From assembly GCA_018398765.1 (NCBI GenBank), contig JAHBMJ010000087.1, positions 1 through 58,177 on the forward strand: DNA of 58,177 nucleotides, read 5' to 3'. Shown here in pieces: positions 35,300 through 47,553 of this stretch. Position 1 is the first letter of the stretch; every line of letters starts with the position of its first letter. A model generated the notes under the pieces. The model saw only the letters and a list, made by a program, of their open reading frames with translations. It made no database searches and was not told where the DNA came from. Origin of the DNA: Chromera velia (lineage: Eukaryota). The position numbers were made by a program, and so were the translations under genes.

Positions 35300-35465
35300 A
35301 TCTGTCCACGTGTGCATGCATGTTGCATGCTATGCATCGGGTGCATCTGACGAACGCGTGCATGCCGGCCCGGGGCCAATCGGGGCCATGCATGTCCGCG
35401 CGGCCGTGGCCGTGTGGGGCCGGCCGCGCGGGGGATCTTGCAATTCTCTTCTGCAGGGTGCACAT
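35300..35465. promoter_or_regulatory. GC-rich TGCATG cluster upstream of the membrane-protein gene
   Basis: TGCATGCATG, TGCATGC and CATGCATG plus CGCGGGGGAT, about 300-450 bp upstream of ATG 34995. Confidence 0.5.
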
Positions 35466-36138
35466 GAAAGTTCGCTAAGGTTCGCCTATGTTCGCGCATT
35501 TCACATCCTCTTTTGGTCCTTTTTTCAATTGCTGCGAGAGTGTGTGCAAAGATTAATCTGCTCTGTCTTGCATGTCAAATATGATTTTTTAAGGGTTCGT
35601 GGATTTTCCTGGATGCTACATATGTTCGGTTCAATTAATACTCCCGTAAGGGCACATCATTTGTTTTCTTTTATTTTGCATTATTTGTTTTTTTTCCTGT
35701 GCGGTCGATCTTACAAAACTTAGGCCTTACTATGTTTTTTACTCTAGCTCTCGCTCAGACTAGCTCGAGCTCTCTGGTCTGGCGCCAGACTAGGTACTAG
35801 ACTGATTTTGAGGGGCCGAACTGGGGCTAGATGTGAACGTTAGAAAAAAAAGATACCAATTAGGACTGGATTATTAGGTTTTTAACAGAATTTTCTTTTT
35901 TTTTTTCTTTTTTAATGTGGGAAGCCTACTAAAGCCCTATCGAATGTTTGCTAGACTGTTTGCCAGTCATGGTGTATGACATATTACGTATATATATATA
36001 TATACTATACAGACTTACGTATAGATTAGTATTTTTGTTTAATAATAGCCTGGCCGTTAATAAGTGCATAGTCAATTTTTACAGTATAAAAAACTTTCAT
36101 CTAAAAAATTGGAGTTTCTTTACATAAACATGAATCAA

Positions 36139-37899
36139 TCAGTCAACAAGAAAAGACTGGCCCCTTTTCCTATCCTCCTGCATTCTGAATCCAATTTTCT
36201 GTTCCTCTACACACTTCTCCTTCCTCTCCTTCTCCGCCCGTTCCAACCCCTTCTGCTCTTCCACGCCAATCTCAGATGGGTGTGATGAAGGCTTTTTTAA
36301 AGCCGAAGAGACAGAAGGCCGCCCGGCGCAGTTAATCCACTTGGGGAGAAGGGGGTTGCAGTTACATGGTTCCACACCCTTCCACCCCCCACGGAAACGC
36401 CAGCTTACTGAGGGATCCGGACACGCACTGCCGGTGCTGCTCTTTTCCTGATGGTGCCTGTCATCTAGAAGCATAATCTCAAACTTCCTGATTCCGTGCT
36501 CTTCATCCATGTTGACAAACTGGATCGTGTTGTACCCCTCTGCTATCAGTTGCTCACTTCCCAGGTCAGACGGGTAGGTGGGAATCTCTCTGTGAGACTG
36601 GAAAACTTTGGTCTTGCCTATGTCTAGGTAGATACCGCTTCCCTTCGACCAGTAGAACCACATGAACTGCATACCCCCATCTGGGTCCCCTGTCTCATGC
36701 ATTACTTCAACCAGCGAGTTGTCGGGAAAACCGTCAGCGAGAGAGAACTGGAGACCGGGAAGCTCCTCCAAGACGTTATTCGCCTGCATGCATGAGTGCT
36801 CAATGGTGAATTCAAGATGAAGTGTATTACCTGATAACTGATCAATCAATCAAATCAGTGTGTGGCGAATTTAGAAATAAACACTGACACCAAAAGAGAG
36901 GCCGGGGATATTCTCCAAGGCTTTATTCGCCTGCCTGGGTAAACAGTGCCATGCAAAGAAATCCGTGAATCGTCAATTGATATTTCAGAGTATGAGTAAA
37001 TACGTCACTACGAATCAACACAGATACAACTTGACGGGCTGAGAAGCTCCTCCAAACACTGCGCACCTGCAGAATTGGCCACACGGAGCGCCGCAAAGGA
37101 CGAGGATCAAAGGTTCCGTCTTGTACGTAGAGCTCGCCTGCAAGCATTCGATTTATTGCAACACAACTAGTATCATGTAGCAACACACTCGTAGTGTCGA
37201 TTTGGAAGCAGGTTGCATCCACATATGTCGAAATCCTGCATGTGCACACACAGGCAGATTCCAACGCACTCCGTCATATCGTACGCTCTGAGCTTGGGAC
37301 TATTTATTCGCTGCCTGGCCCCAAAGAACAATTCTGCCCATTCCTGCGTGTACGAACACATACGGAGAGCCTGCAGCGCTCTCCGTGATACCGCGGGCCT
37401 GTATATGTTCACACCCCACATGCACACCGCACTGACCCCACAGCACAGGCCGCTCTTCTGCAGGTGGCTGTTCGCACGCCTGCCACCAGCGCAGAGATTT
37501 GTAAGGCTTGACTGCTTTTGCCACATCCTCGGGCAGGCTTTGGGTTTTGAAGTACGTCAGCGTGCGCATATCAAAGGGGAACTCCATCGTGTCGATTGAG
37601 TAGATCTCCTCAAAGTAGTCCCTCCATTTTGACTGCAGCAGCGAAGCCTTCGTGGGAAAGAACTCGGACAGACTCGCCGAAGCCACCAACTGGGTTGTTG
37701 GGGGTTGGGGGGGGAAGAAGTTGAAGACAAAGAGCGCGGTGATGGCACCTCCGAAAACGAAAGAGAAGAGTGCAATTAGAACCACGCAGAAAGGCCTACA
37801 CGGTGATGCTTTGAATTTCTGCTCTGCAAGCCTGGCAGCTCCACTCTCGTCGTGCAGTGGAGCTATTCCGGCAGGATGAAGGTCAGTCAAATTAGACAT
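36139..37899 (-). CDS. Uncharacterised type II membrane protein, 3 exons
   Basis: Exons 37899-37437, 37137-37067 and 36783-36139 splice in frame. One N-terminal TM helix, then WRDYFEEIY, FPDNSLVEVMH, WFYWSKGSGIYLDIGKT, GYNTIQF, FEI and FRGGWKGVEPCNC...INC. Confidence 0.75.
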
Positions 37900-38439
37900 G
37901 CTGTATGGGTTCCCTATAAAACTGCAGGTTGCTATTGATTCTGCATGATCACTCGACCCCTCGGGTTCCCCACACGATATGAATAGCAGGGGCTTCTCGA
38001 CTGCAGTAACAGATGAACAGGTGACAAAAGCCTGCACGCCAATGAGCTCCCCGACTCGTGCCCGCGGAGTGATATTGCAAACAGAAGAAGATCAAAGAAA
38101 AAGAGTGTTGCCAGGAGGGCTTTTATACACTTGCAGAGACCACCATNNTTTCCGGAGCCAAGATCACGAACGCATGCATGCAATAGCGCCAAAATCGCAT
38201 GCCCCCCGAGGCGATTGAGGGCCCAATGAGGGGACACACGTACCGTGACGTCGCAACCAAGAGTGCAGCGTCCGACTCTGATTTCGTTGTCTTGCTCGGT
38301 TAAGACAGCTGCACAAGCCACGGACAGAACAACTGCAGATTTTCCTCTTAGACGTGCATATGTGTTGTTTCGCTCCTGCGCATGTTTGAGGGTGTTGCTT
38401 TAAATTCGGGCATCAATTGATTGATTCCTTGATCTGACC

Positions 38440-40293
38440 ATGCGCATAACGGCAGGCTTTGCAGCCGTGCTGCTGCAGTGCACCCCTTTCTTTGCTCTGG
38501 ACCTCGATGAGCTCGCGGGAAAGCTAGGAGGTCTAGACCCGTCAAAGGCGAAATTGAGTGTCTCCGATTCCTTTAAATTGCCTGACCTTTTCGCAGACAA
38601 GGAGGCCGTCTTGAACGCCAAGAGGAGCTGCTTAGAGGCGTTCAAGCTCGGCTGCCCGGCTCCAAGAGTGCCAATTCTGGACGCTTCAGAGGTTGTCTGC
38701 AAGACTGGCACAGAGGGGTCATCGTGCGAAGAGAGCGACTGCTGTCGGTGGTGGATCACTGTGGCTGAAGGCGCCCCCCCCCCGGACACAACACTCACTT
38801 GGTTTTACCAACGTCATGACGAACACGAAAGGCGGATGGGCAGCAGTCCTTACTGACGATACCAATTTTTTGAGTCGTGTTCAGATCGTTGGGAATTTCC
38901 GCCGCGACTTTTCCGGGTCTGAAACCTTCGTGGAGGTGGGGGGTTTTCCAGAAAACCTCAATGCTTTTTTCGACATTTCCAACCCAGCTGGAAAAGATGC
39001 CGCCGGAAAAGTTGCATGGATTCGCGAGAGAGATTTCATTGGTCGCGCGGCTCTTGTCGACGATCAGTTGATCCTCTCCGCTGGTGACCCGGTAGGTGAC
39101 AGTAGTGACGTGGTGGGAGAGATTACAGACGTCACCCTGAGTGAGGAAGCAAAGACCTCTGTGGTCTTCGTGGTGGCCAATGAGACAGAGAATCGGTATG
39201 TTGAGCAGGTCACGCTCCCTGGTATGTCTCGAAAGACGCTGCTGCAGCCAGGAGACACAATTGACGGCATCGCGATAGCCCCGTCGCCCGACGACCAAGT
39301 TTATCTTTCCCCGAACGGAAAGCGCTGGCTCACCCAAGCAGTCGACGAAGCCACCGGGCAGGTTGAAATGATCGAGAACACGGGGAAGCTGCAAAGACTG
39401 GGAGGGGCCATTGTGAGGGAGGGAGACCCAGTCCCTGAGTCTCTTGGCCTCCAGATTCCTGGTCGGTCGGTCGGTGGTCGGTGTGCATGCATGACGGGAA
39501 TGGATTTGCGCGGGGATTGGGAGGATGAATTTCCTCGGGTGGCAGGGTCCATTTGTGTGTGTGTGGGTCGGTGTCTACTGAAACCTCAAGCTTAATGGAT
39601 GACTGTCATTTGGAAAACACACAGCTCGATGCAGATCGCAAGCAAGCAACTCCTTTAGAAACTACCCATCTCATGCCTGTACAGACTTACTTGGTCGAAC
39701 TCTCGAGAGTCCCTCTACCTCTCTCTTTTTCACCTTTGTCTCTTGGAGTTTGGCAGAAATGCTTTCTCCAGCTCCAGATTCTTGCAGAATCTTTCTTCCT
39801 TCCTTCCTTCCTTCTATCGTCCAACTCCTGTGAATGACTGACTCGATCTAGCTCTACTGTGAATGAACCAAATCCAAGAAAGAGAACAAATTGAAATGTG
39901 CAGCTAGGCCTGCAGGAACCCGGGTCTGCATGGGGCACGCACAATTTTCACACAATTTTGGAATGTACTTGTACGTATATAAGTATATATGTGAATGTAT
40001 AGTATATGTATACATGTTGTGTGTGTGTGTGTGTGTGTGTGTGTGAGTGAAGATATGTGTACATAAACACATATGTATGCATGCATATTGTGCTTGCAGG
40101 GACCCTGGTGTGGGGAAGCGGCCGAAGAGGGCCTGCCAAAAAACTAGACATCAACGACAACGGGGAAACGATCCTTGGTCTGAATGTGAACAATGGCACG
40201 GACGATTTGAGAGTGAGTGAGTTACTGAGTCACCCTTAGCGGGTCACCTGTAGCGGTTGTTGGGTAGTTTTTCTTTCAGCTATTTGTCCCTCA

Positions 40294-40336
<43 letters not shown>

Positions 40337-41824
40337 TTTTTCTTTCTTTCTTTCTTTCTTTCTTTCTTTGTTCCGTCCTTCCTTTCTTTCTTTCTTCCTT
40401 TCTTTATTCTCTATTTTCCGTCTTTCTCTCTTTTCTTCTTGGAAAGACAATATCTTTCTGTGTTCCTTCTTCGATTGGTTTCTTATTCTTCTTTCTGTCT
40501 TGCAGAGACAAAATAGACGTCGTATGGTATGTGTCTGTCTCTATCTTTCTTTGTTTTTTGTGTTCAGACAAGAGGTCACGGGGCGTGTCTGCCTGTTTGC
40601 ATGTCTGTCTGTCTTTCGGTCGGTCGGTTGGTTTGTCTGTCGGTTTGCATTTATTTGTGTATTTACGAAGCGCGTGTATCTGCCTTCACTCCAGGCTGTG
40701 TTTATGAACGAGAAGCCAGTGTTCCAGGAAGGCGTGACGTGCTTCGACTCTCCCAACACCAACTGCGATCTCTTCCTGTTTGGAGAAGTTGAAGCTACGT
40801 CTGTCAACATCAACAATGCTGGTGAGTGCTCAACAATGCTGGTGAGTGCGCCTGCTGGGCAAAACCGAAAGAGATGAAATCTTCTCAGGCTGCCTCCATG
40901 CGACTGAATTCGAGTGAACTCTCCTCTTGATCTCTCAACGAGATTTGAGGTCTCATGACAAAAACGCAATATCCTCTTGATCTCTCAACGAGATTTGAGG
41001 TCTCATGACAAAAACCCAATCTCCGTCTGTAGATGTCTTCATGGAAAGAGTCAGCTAGAAGAGAAGTCTCTTTGTCTCGATCTGCCCGCTTGTGTGACAT
41101 TTGTAGTATTTTGCCTTCCCAGAAGAGGACTCATTTGAAAAGAGCGTGCTGCACATTCTAAAATGCCTCATTTGCGATTCATGTGAAAGCTCTCAGTCCG
41201 CTTCTTTGGTGTTATGCGCTGCGACACACACGCTCTCGAGCAAGTGCGGTCGGGATCAATGGCTTGAGGAAACGTACTGCCAGGCGCGTCGCGTAGATTT
41301 GTAACCGAAAAAAGAATGGATGCAGTCTCATTCTCACACGTTCATACGGATGAATGTCAACAATGGATGGAGGGAACCGCATGAACAAAGGAAGCAAACA
41401 CTGCGTGTGTTCAGGCGACTGGTGGATGTCACTCGGTTTTACGAACTCTACAGGCGATTCTCTCATATTTCAGATAGTTAACGGCATGCCCATCGTCGGC
41501 CCGGGGACCGACCTTGACTTGGACGGAGACGGAAGTCTTGATGCCGGGGTTGCGAATACAGGGTCTCGTTCTGCTCTCAGCGAGCGGTTCAAGGATGGAA
41601 CCGTGGACCTGATCACCAATCCAAGCTTGTGTGAAGTGGGGGACTATACGTGCTCCAGCGGTGCGGTCCTCATTGCTTTTACACTCGAGGTTTGTGCATG
41701 GCGGGGTGGGAGGGTGGGTGGTTCGGTACCTGCATGCAGGGCAGAGGATTTGTGAACGTTTCCTTCCGTCTTCCCGCCTCCCCATCCGGTGTTTCTCTGA
41801 AAAGACAAAAAGAAATCATATGGT

Positions 41825-41857
<33 letters not shown>

Positions 41858-41883
41858 TGCCTGTCTGCCTGTCTGCCTGTCTG

Positions 41884-41928
<45 letters not shown>

Positions 41929-41939
41929 CTCTTTCTCTT

Positions 41940-41972
<33 letters not shown>

Positions 41973-41980
41973 GTCTCTCT

Positions 41981-42024
<44 letters not shown>

Positions 42025-42575
42025 GTATGTATGTGTGTGCCACTTTGTCTGTCTGGCTGCCTCCTGTATGGTTGCTTTCGTTTCTCTGTCTTTTTCAGCG
42101 GTTACTTGCTCGATCACTTCTTTGCCTTGCAAGTCTTTGAAGGCTTCCCAGCTCTCGAGTTTCTACCTTCCTTTTTGTTTTTTTCACCTGGCTCTTGCTT
42201 CTTCCTCTTGCTCGATCACGCCGTTTAGGCATAAAGACCACAGCCACAGTGCTTCTTTCAGATTGCACATCTTAATTGCTGCTCTTTCTCTTCTTGAAGG
42301 TCCGCAGAAAACGTGCAGGATACCGTCATGGTTCAAGTGGTGTCCACCAAATCGTTTATGCATACTTCCCCTCCGATTTGTACACGTGCGTGACAAGAGG
42401 TCATTTTCTTGCGTCTTAAATATGTCTCGTTGCTTTCATACAGGTGGAAAAAGGCAGCAAGAAAGGCGTCGACGGGGAAGTGCCTGGCAAGGACGATCCC
42501 CTCTTCAAATTCGATGTTTCCTCACTGGGCGACGGACTGTCCGACTGGAACTTAGAGAATGTCTTCAAAGGATGA
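38440..42575 (+). CDS. Secreted protein: signal peptide, 6-Cys module and bacterial-like NxxG/GDP repeat domain; one frameshift near 38774-38800
   Basis: Exons 38440-39461, 40100-40212, 40695-40821, 41415-41689 and 42444-42575 have compatible phases. Repeats: LSAGDPV, LLQPGDTIDG, IVREGDPVP, DINDNGE, NINNAGD, IVGPGTDLDLDGDG. Confidence 0.7.
40922..41024 (+). repeat. Two-copy 50-bp tandem repeat in intron
   Basis: TCCTCTTGATCTCTCAACGAGATTTGAGGTCTCATGACAAAAAC at 40922 and 40972. Confidence 0.9.
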
Positions 42576-43099
42576 TCGCCACACTGCTGCGTCTTCCGTC
42601 GTTCCTTCCTTCCTTTCTTCCTCTTTTGTTTTTTCTTTCTTTCTTTCCTTTCTTCTTTTTTTCTTTCTTTTTTTTCTTTCTTTCATTCTTTCTTTCTTTC
42701 TTTCTGTCTGTCTTTCTTTATTTCTTTCTTTCTTTCTTTCTTTCTTCCTTGTTTTCTTCCTTCCTTCCTTCCTTCCTTCCTTCCGTCCTTCCTTCTCTCT
42801 TGCTCTGTTGCATTCCACGTCTTCCAGATAATTCGTTCCGTGGGAAAGTTGGGGGGGAGGCATTTAGGATCTGTTATTTGCTTGCCCGGCCTACTTCTGG
42901 CAGTTTTTCCTTGATTTCGTTCTCAACTACTTTTGACCCACAAACACTCTATACACTCGACGCCACATTGCAACAGTGCAGCAACAGACGGCAACACTCT
43001 GGGTTCTACTTCTGCTAGTACTGCCAGTGCTGCGTCTTTGCCCTTCTTAGTAGTAAAGTTCTTACGAACTATGTATCACGATTGCGCAACAAAGTGGGA

Positions 43100-43255
43100 C
43101 AGTTGTGACATGTGCCAAATACACTGCCAATTTGTACCAATTCTATATATACATGTAGAAACTTACTTGGTACAAATTGGGACAAGTTGGGATATGGTGT
43201 TTTTTCATGTTTTTTCTTATGTCTTGCTTTTTTTAAAAATACATATGTCACAAGT
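43100..43255. mobile_element. Foldback/MITE-like element
   Basis: Perfect 14-bp inverted repeat CCAATTTGTACCAA (43127-43140) / TTGGTACAAATTGG (43167-43180); outer arms TTGTGACAT / ATGTCACAA. Confidence 0.55.
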
Positions 43256-44409
43256 CTATACACCAATCTTGTAGTGTTACATAATCACTTTTAATTTTTA
43301 AATTATAATGTTACACCTTGTTTTGTTACACACTTGGCCGGATAAAATCTAGTATATAGAATTTTGCTAGGAATTTTGATAAATAAATTAGCACATATGC
43401 ACTATCATTATCATCATTATCGATCATCATCTCCCCCAAGCACTTGCGGCTCTCTCACGGAGTCTCACCCCTCTGTACGACACCACATACCCATCTCCTT
43501 CTAAGGGTTGCGAGTTTAGTTGCGAGTTTTATATGGTAAGGTCCTAAGGCTTTTGATTAAGCGACGTTGCACGCTTAGTTGAAAAAAAATAGAAGAAGTT
43601 AGATCAATGCCTAGAGGAGAGGGACAAGCATATACCCTAGCACATGCCTTGCAGGAAGGGAAAAAAAAAAAAAAGCGNNNNNNNNNNNNNNNNNNNNNNN
43701 NNNNNNGGGGGGGGGGGGAAGCGGATGACAAAGATGCTGTAGTATAATACACTGGCCGGTATTCCTTTGCAACCAGCCTTTTGCGGCCAGTGTTTAAAGG
43801 AGAAGACACCTTTTCCTTTAACTCCTTGAAGGACAGGTCTTCGCTTTCTCCTCTCCTTATGCAGGAGATGGCAGTTCCGATGCTTAACCACTTGGCAAGT
43901 CAAGACGAGTGCAGCGCTCATGCAACCGTCGGGCCGGGAGGGCGAATGACATGTCTCGATCATCAGTGAGGCAGGGGACAGGACTCCAAAGTCATGATAA
44001 AACATAGTCGTCCAGGCACACTAGTACGTACGTCCGTGAAGAGCTTGTAAGGTGGGTTTCCGTTGATTTCCTAAGACTTTCATGTGTGTCTTATCGTTTC
44101 AATGCATATATATATATATGATGTGTGTCTCTGTTCTTTTAACTCGACTTTTATCTTCACAAAACGGTTTTTATTGGGAATCTTTTTCGTCTTTTAGATC
44201 AAGTTTCTGCTGGCAAAATTCAGCGAAAAACTTCGTTCTATTTCTTCTCAAAAAACCCCATAATGTTACCCATTCAGATAATTAGAATTAGATTAACATT
44301 GCAAACACTTACAAAAAAGACCGTTTCCCTCCTCTAATTAATCTCTTCAATTCTTTACTCTCTTTTTTTAAGTCTTTTCATAGAATCTAGCATAGAATTC
44401 ACTAATAAT

Positions 44410-46450
44410 ATGCTGAGCCTTTATGTCTTTACCAGAGCAAGGGTGAAAGGGAGTGATTTCTGGTTTCAGGAAGAAAAGGGGTCAAAGCAGGGAGGTTCGG
44501 CAGGACCTTCTCTGTTTAAGGGATATACAAATAAGTCAGATATGCCAGCAGACATTGGGAGGAGGGCAGGCCTCACTGGGAGGGGTTCCAAGCTCCAAAA
44601 AGGCCCCGAAGGTGCGCAAAAGAACTTTTTTATCGGGCTTTTCACTGATAATACGTACCTTCAATCGATAGAGGCAGAGGAGATGGAGAGGCTTCTGAAA
44701 GCACTGGAGGAGTATGCGAGGCCTTTAAAGTTCTTTCTGTCAGATAAGTCAAGAATAATGAAGTTTGGACAGAAAGCGGGGGAGAGAAGAAAGCGATTCA
44801 CATTGGGTGGGGCGGAGTTAGTTCAGGCAAACAAATATCTGTACCTTAGCCTTCTTTTAATAGAAGATTGCTCCACAGATGCAATGATGAGAGAGAGAAT
44901 GATTAAGGCAGAAAGACTCTTTTTTATGTTGAAAAGTAAGATCAGTGCAGGAGGAGAGATCCCACCCATAACATGTTTTCAATGGTTCAGGCAGATAGTG
45001 TGTGCAGTTTAGTCATACAGCTGCGAAGTACATTTATACTTGCAGGAAGCGTTTACAGAGTTTAACAGACTGCAAAGAAGATTCATTCGCTGGGTGCTGC
45101 AACTGAGAGAGAAAGAAAGCATACTCACCACTTTCCTTGAGGCAGGCCTTCTTTCTATCGATTTTGTGGTTCCACAGAGAACCCTGATATGGACAAGGAA
45201 GGTAGTCTAAAAAGGATTCCGAAGAGACACACCGACAGGTTATGCACTCATTCAATCATTGCAGGAAGGAGTCGATTCAGAACTGAGAAGAAGGAAGCTT
45301 CACCCCTTTCACTTTTTCCTCCACTTGCGCATGAAGAAATGTGTCGAAACACTTTTTACAGAGACAAGAAGCCATCCCTTCCAGATAGGAAGAGAACCAG
45401 AAGCTGCAGGCAGATAACCTTCCTTTGAGAGAAGAGATAAAATAGTAAGGTGGATAGAAGCGCTGAAAAAGGAATAAATTACAAAGAGGAAAAATAAAGT
45501 ATTTGTAGAGAGAGTTGAGAGGTCAGTGCAGAAAAGAGGAAGGGCCGAGAGGGAAAACGAGAGAAGGTGTCATGCATCGGATTCCTATCTATGCGTCTCT
45601 ATCCAATAGAAATTGCCTAAATCTGTGGCTTCACAACAGTAAGAATGGAGAAGATACAGACAGAAGCATTAAATTTTCATTAGATAGAGATAAGATAGGG
45701 AGAACTCCCGTCTGCTACACAAAAATAGCTTCCTGGCCTGTCCACAGAAGAAGGGCTGCATTTTAGGTGGGAGAGAAACTTGGAGGTAAACAGGGGGAAG
45801 TTCTCAACAGATTCTAAAGGAGGTAGAGGGATCCCATTGACAGAAAGGAAATACATGGTTTGCTCTGACCTTCTTGACATTCAAGTAGTCGAAGATGAAA
45901 TCCATGTGCTGACTGAATGCCCTCTACATAGTGGAGAGAGGGCACACTGCTTACAAGCTTTGATGACACATTGGAGTTCGGTGAAAAGGAGAGAGGAGAG
46001 AGCTGCAAATAGCAGCAGATGGAAAGTGGGTGGTGAAGGGAAGGTAAACTAGATCGCTCTATTCTCTTTTCTTTTGAATGAGGCCGACAAGAATGTCGAT
46101 ACCTTTTTGAAAGACGTCATGATTAAAAGACAGGTAGTGAGAGAGTGGAAAAGAAACAAAGGAGACAATTTGAGTCAAGCTTAATTTAGGAAGAGAGTTA
46201 GATAGGCTGCATCAGGAGACTTGGAAAAGTAAGAAAGAAAGAGAGGGAAGAATTAAAGAGTATAAAAGGGTGTGGAGTGATACAAAGGAAGCAAAAGAGG
46301 AGGGAAAAAGGAGGAGGATAGGATGTTGGGAGGTTTTGGAACTCGCTTTGAGCCGTTTATCTAGAATTCTAGGATCGTTCCCTTGCAAACCCTACTTTGG
46401 AATGGAGTGAGCCCTCTCACATACGCTCGCATACACACGCAGGTGATTGA
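44410..46450 (+). mobile_element. Degenerate non-LTR retrotransposon (LINE) ORF2: RT C-terminal half and CCHC region
   Basis: KGSKQGGSAGPSLF (RT QG motif), GLFTDNT (decayed FADD), KYLYLSL (decayed YLG), SYSCEV, RLQRRFIRWVL, ERKYMVC...VEDEIHVLTECP; multiple stops and frameshifts. Confidence 0.85.
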
Positions 46451-47058
46451 CTGTTCAATGTGATCCGTTCATGGCACAGGCTAGACCTGTGCGGGCCGGC
46501 CAGAGAGGTCTGATGCATCTAGGCGCTTTCCCTGGAAGCCGCACTGGCACGTCGGACATTCGGCATTGGGGCGGGAGGCCAATCCTCCGGACATTAATCC
46601 TAATCCTAATCCTAATCCTATGCGCACCCGCAGAGTTGTTATATTTCTTTCTCTAGTTTTTTGTACTTTGTTTGAGACGAAATGGTAACAATCGTCCAAC
46701 GGCTGATGTAGGAGGACGCCTAGTCGTTTTGAGCGAGCGCTATGAATTGCTCTTCTCTCTCAATCTGGCCCGGAGACTGGCCGGGCTTGCCTCTTTCTGC
46801 GTGCACATCCTGAATAGACAAAAAATAAACATTGCATATCATATCGCGCATAGTTTCTAAAATATTAGAAATTAAAGTCTGATTCCTATTACTTTTAATT
46901 CTATGACTAGTTCTATAACTTTAAATTTCTATCACTTTTCTAGCAGTTTTCAGAACTACTAGGAGAACTGTTTCTAGAACTGTTTTCTATCACTTAAAGA
47001 TTTACTTTTCTCACATTTTTTGCAGGGTATAGCAGAAACTCTTTGAGCAAAAAAATAG

Positions 47059-47097
<39 letters not shown>

Positions 47098-47258
47098 AGT
47101 ATTACAGTAGTGCGTATATATATAAATATAAAATGTTTTGTAGCATTTTTAAAGCATTTTCACCCAACCTTTTTACGTATCACTTTGTTGGGGTGGTAGT
47201 TTATCGAAATAGAAAAGGCAGAAGCATATATACATACACACACACACACACACACCCC

Positions 47259-47357
<99 letters not shown>

Positions 47358-47553
47358 AGAGAGAGATCTAGAGAGAGATTTTCAAATCATTTTTTGCAGA
47401 TCGCTGGGCTACGCTGGGCAGATCGACGCACGATGCATGCACATCCAGGGAATCAAAACTTTACACTGACACGAATCGTCGAATCCATGTCGTGGCTTAT
47501 AAACCTGTTCCAACATCTGCTATGCATGAATCATGCAATTACAATGTTACAGT

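Noticed and set aside
40922..41024. CRISPR-like repeat
   Set aside because: Only two adjacent 50-bp units with no unique spacer, inside a eukaryotic intron, and no cas genes.
43730..44020. Coding-like GC-balanced segment next to the N gap
   Set aside because: No frame gives a recognisable protein and the gap hides the context.
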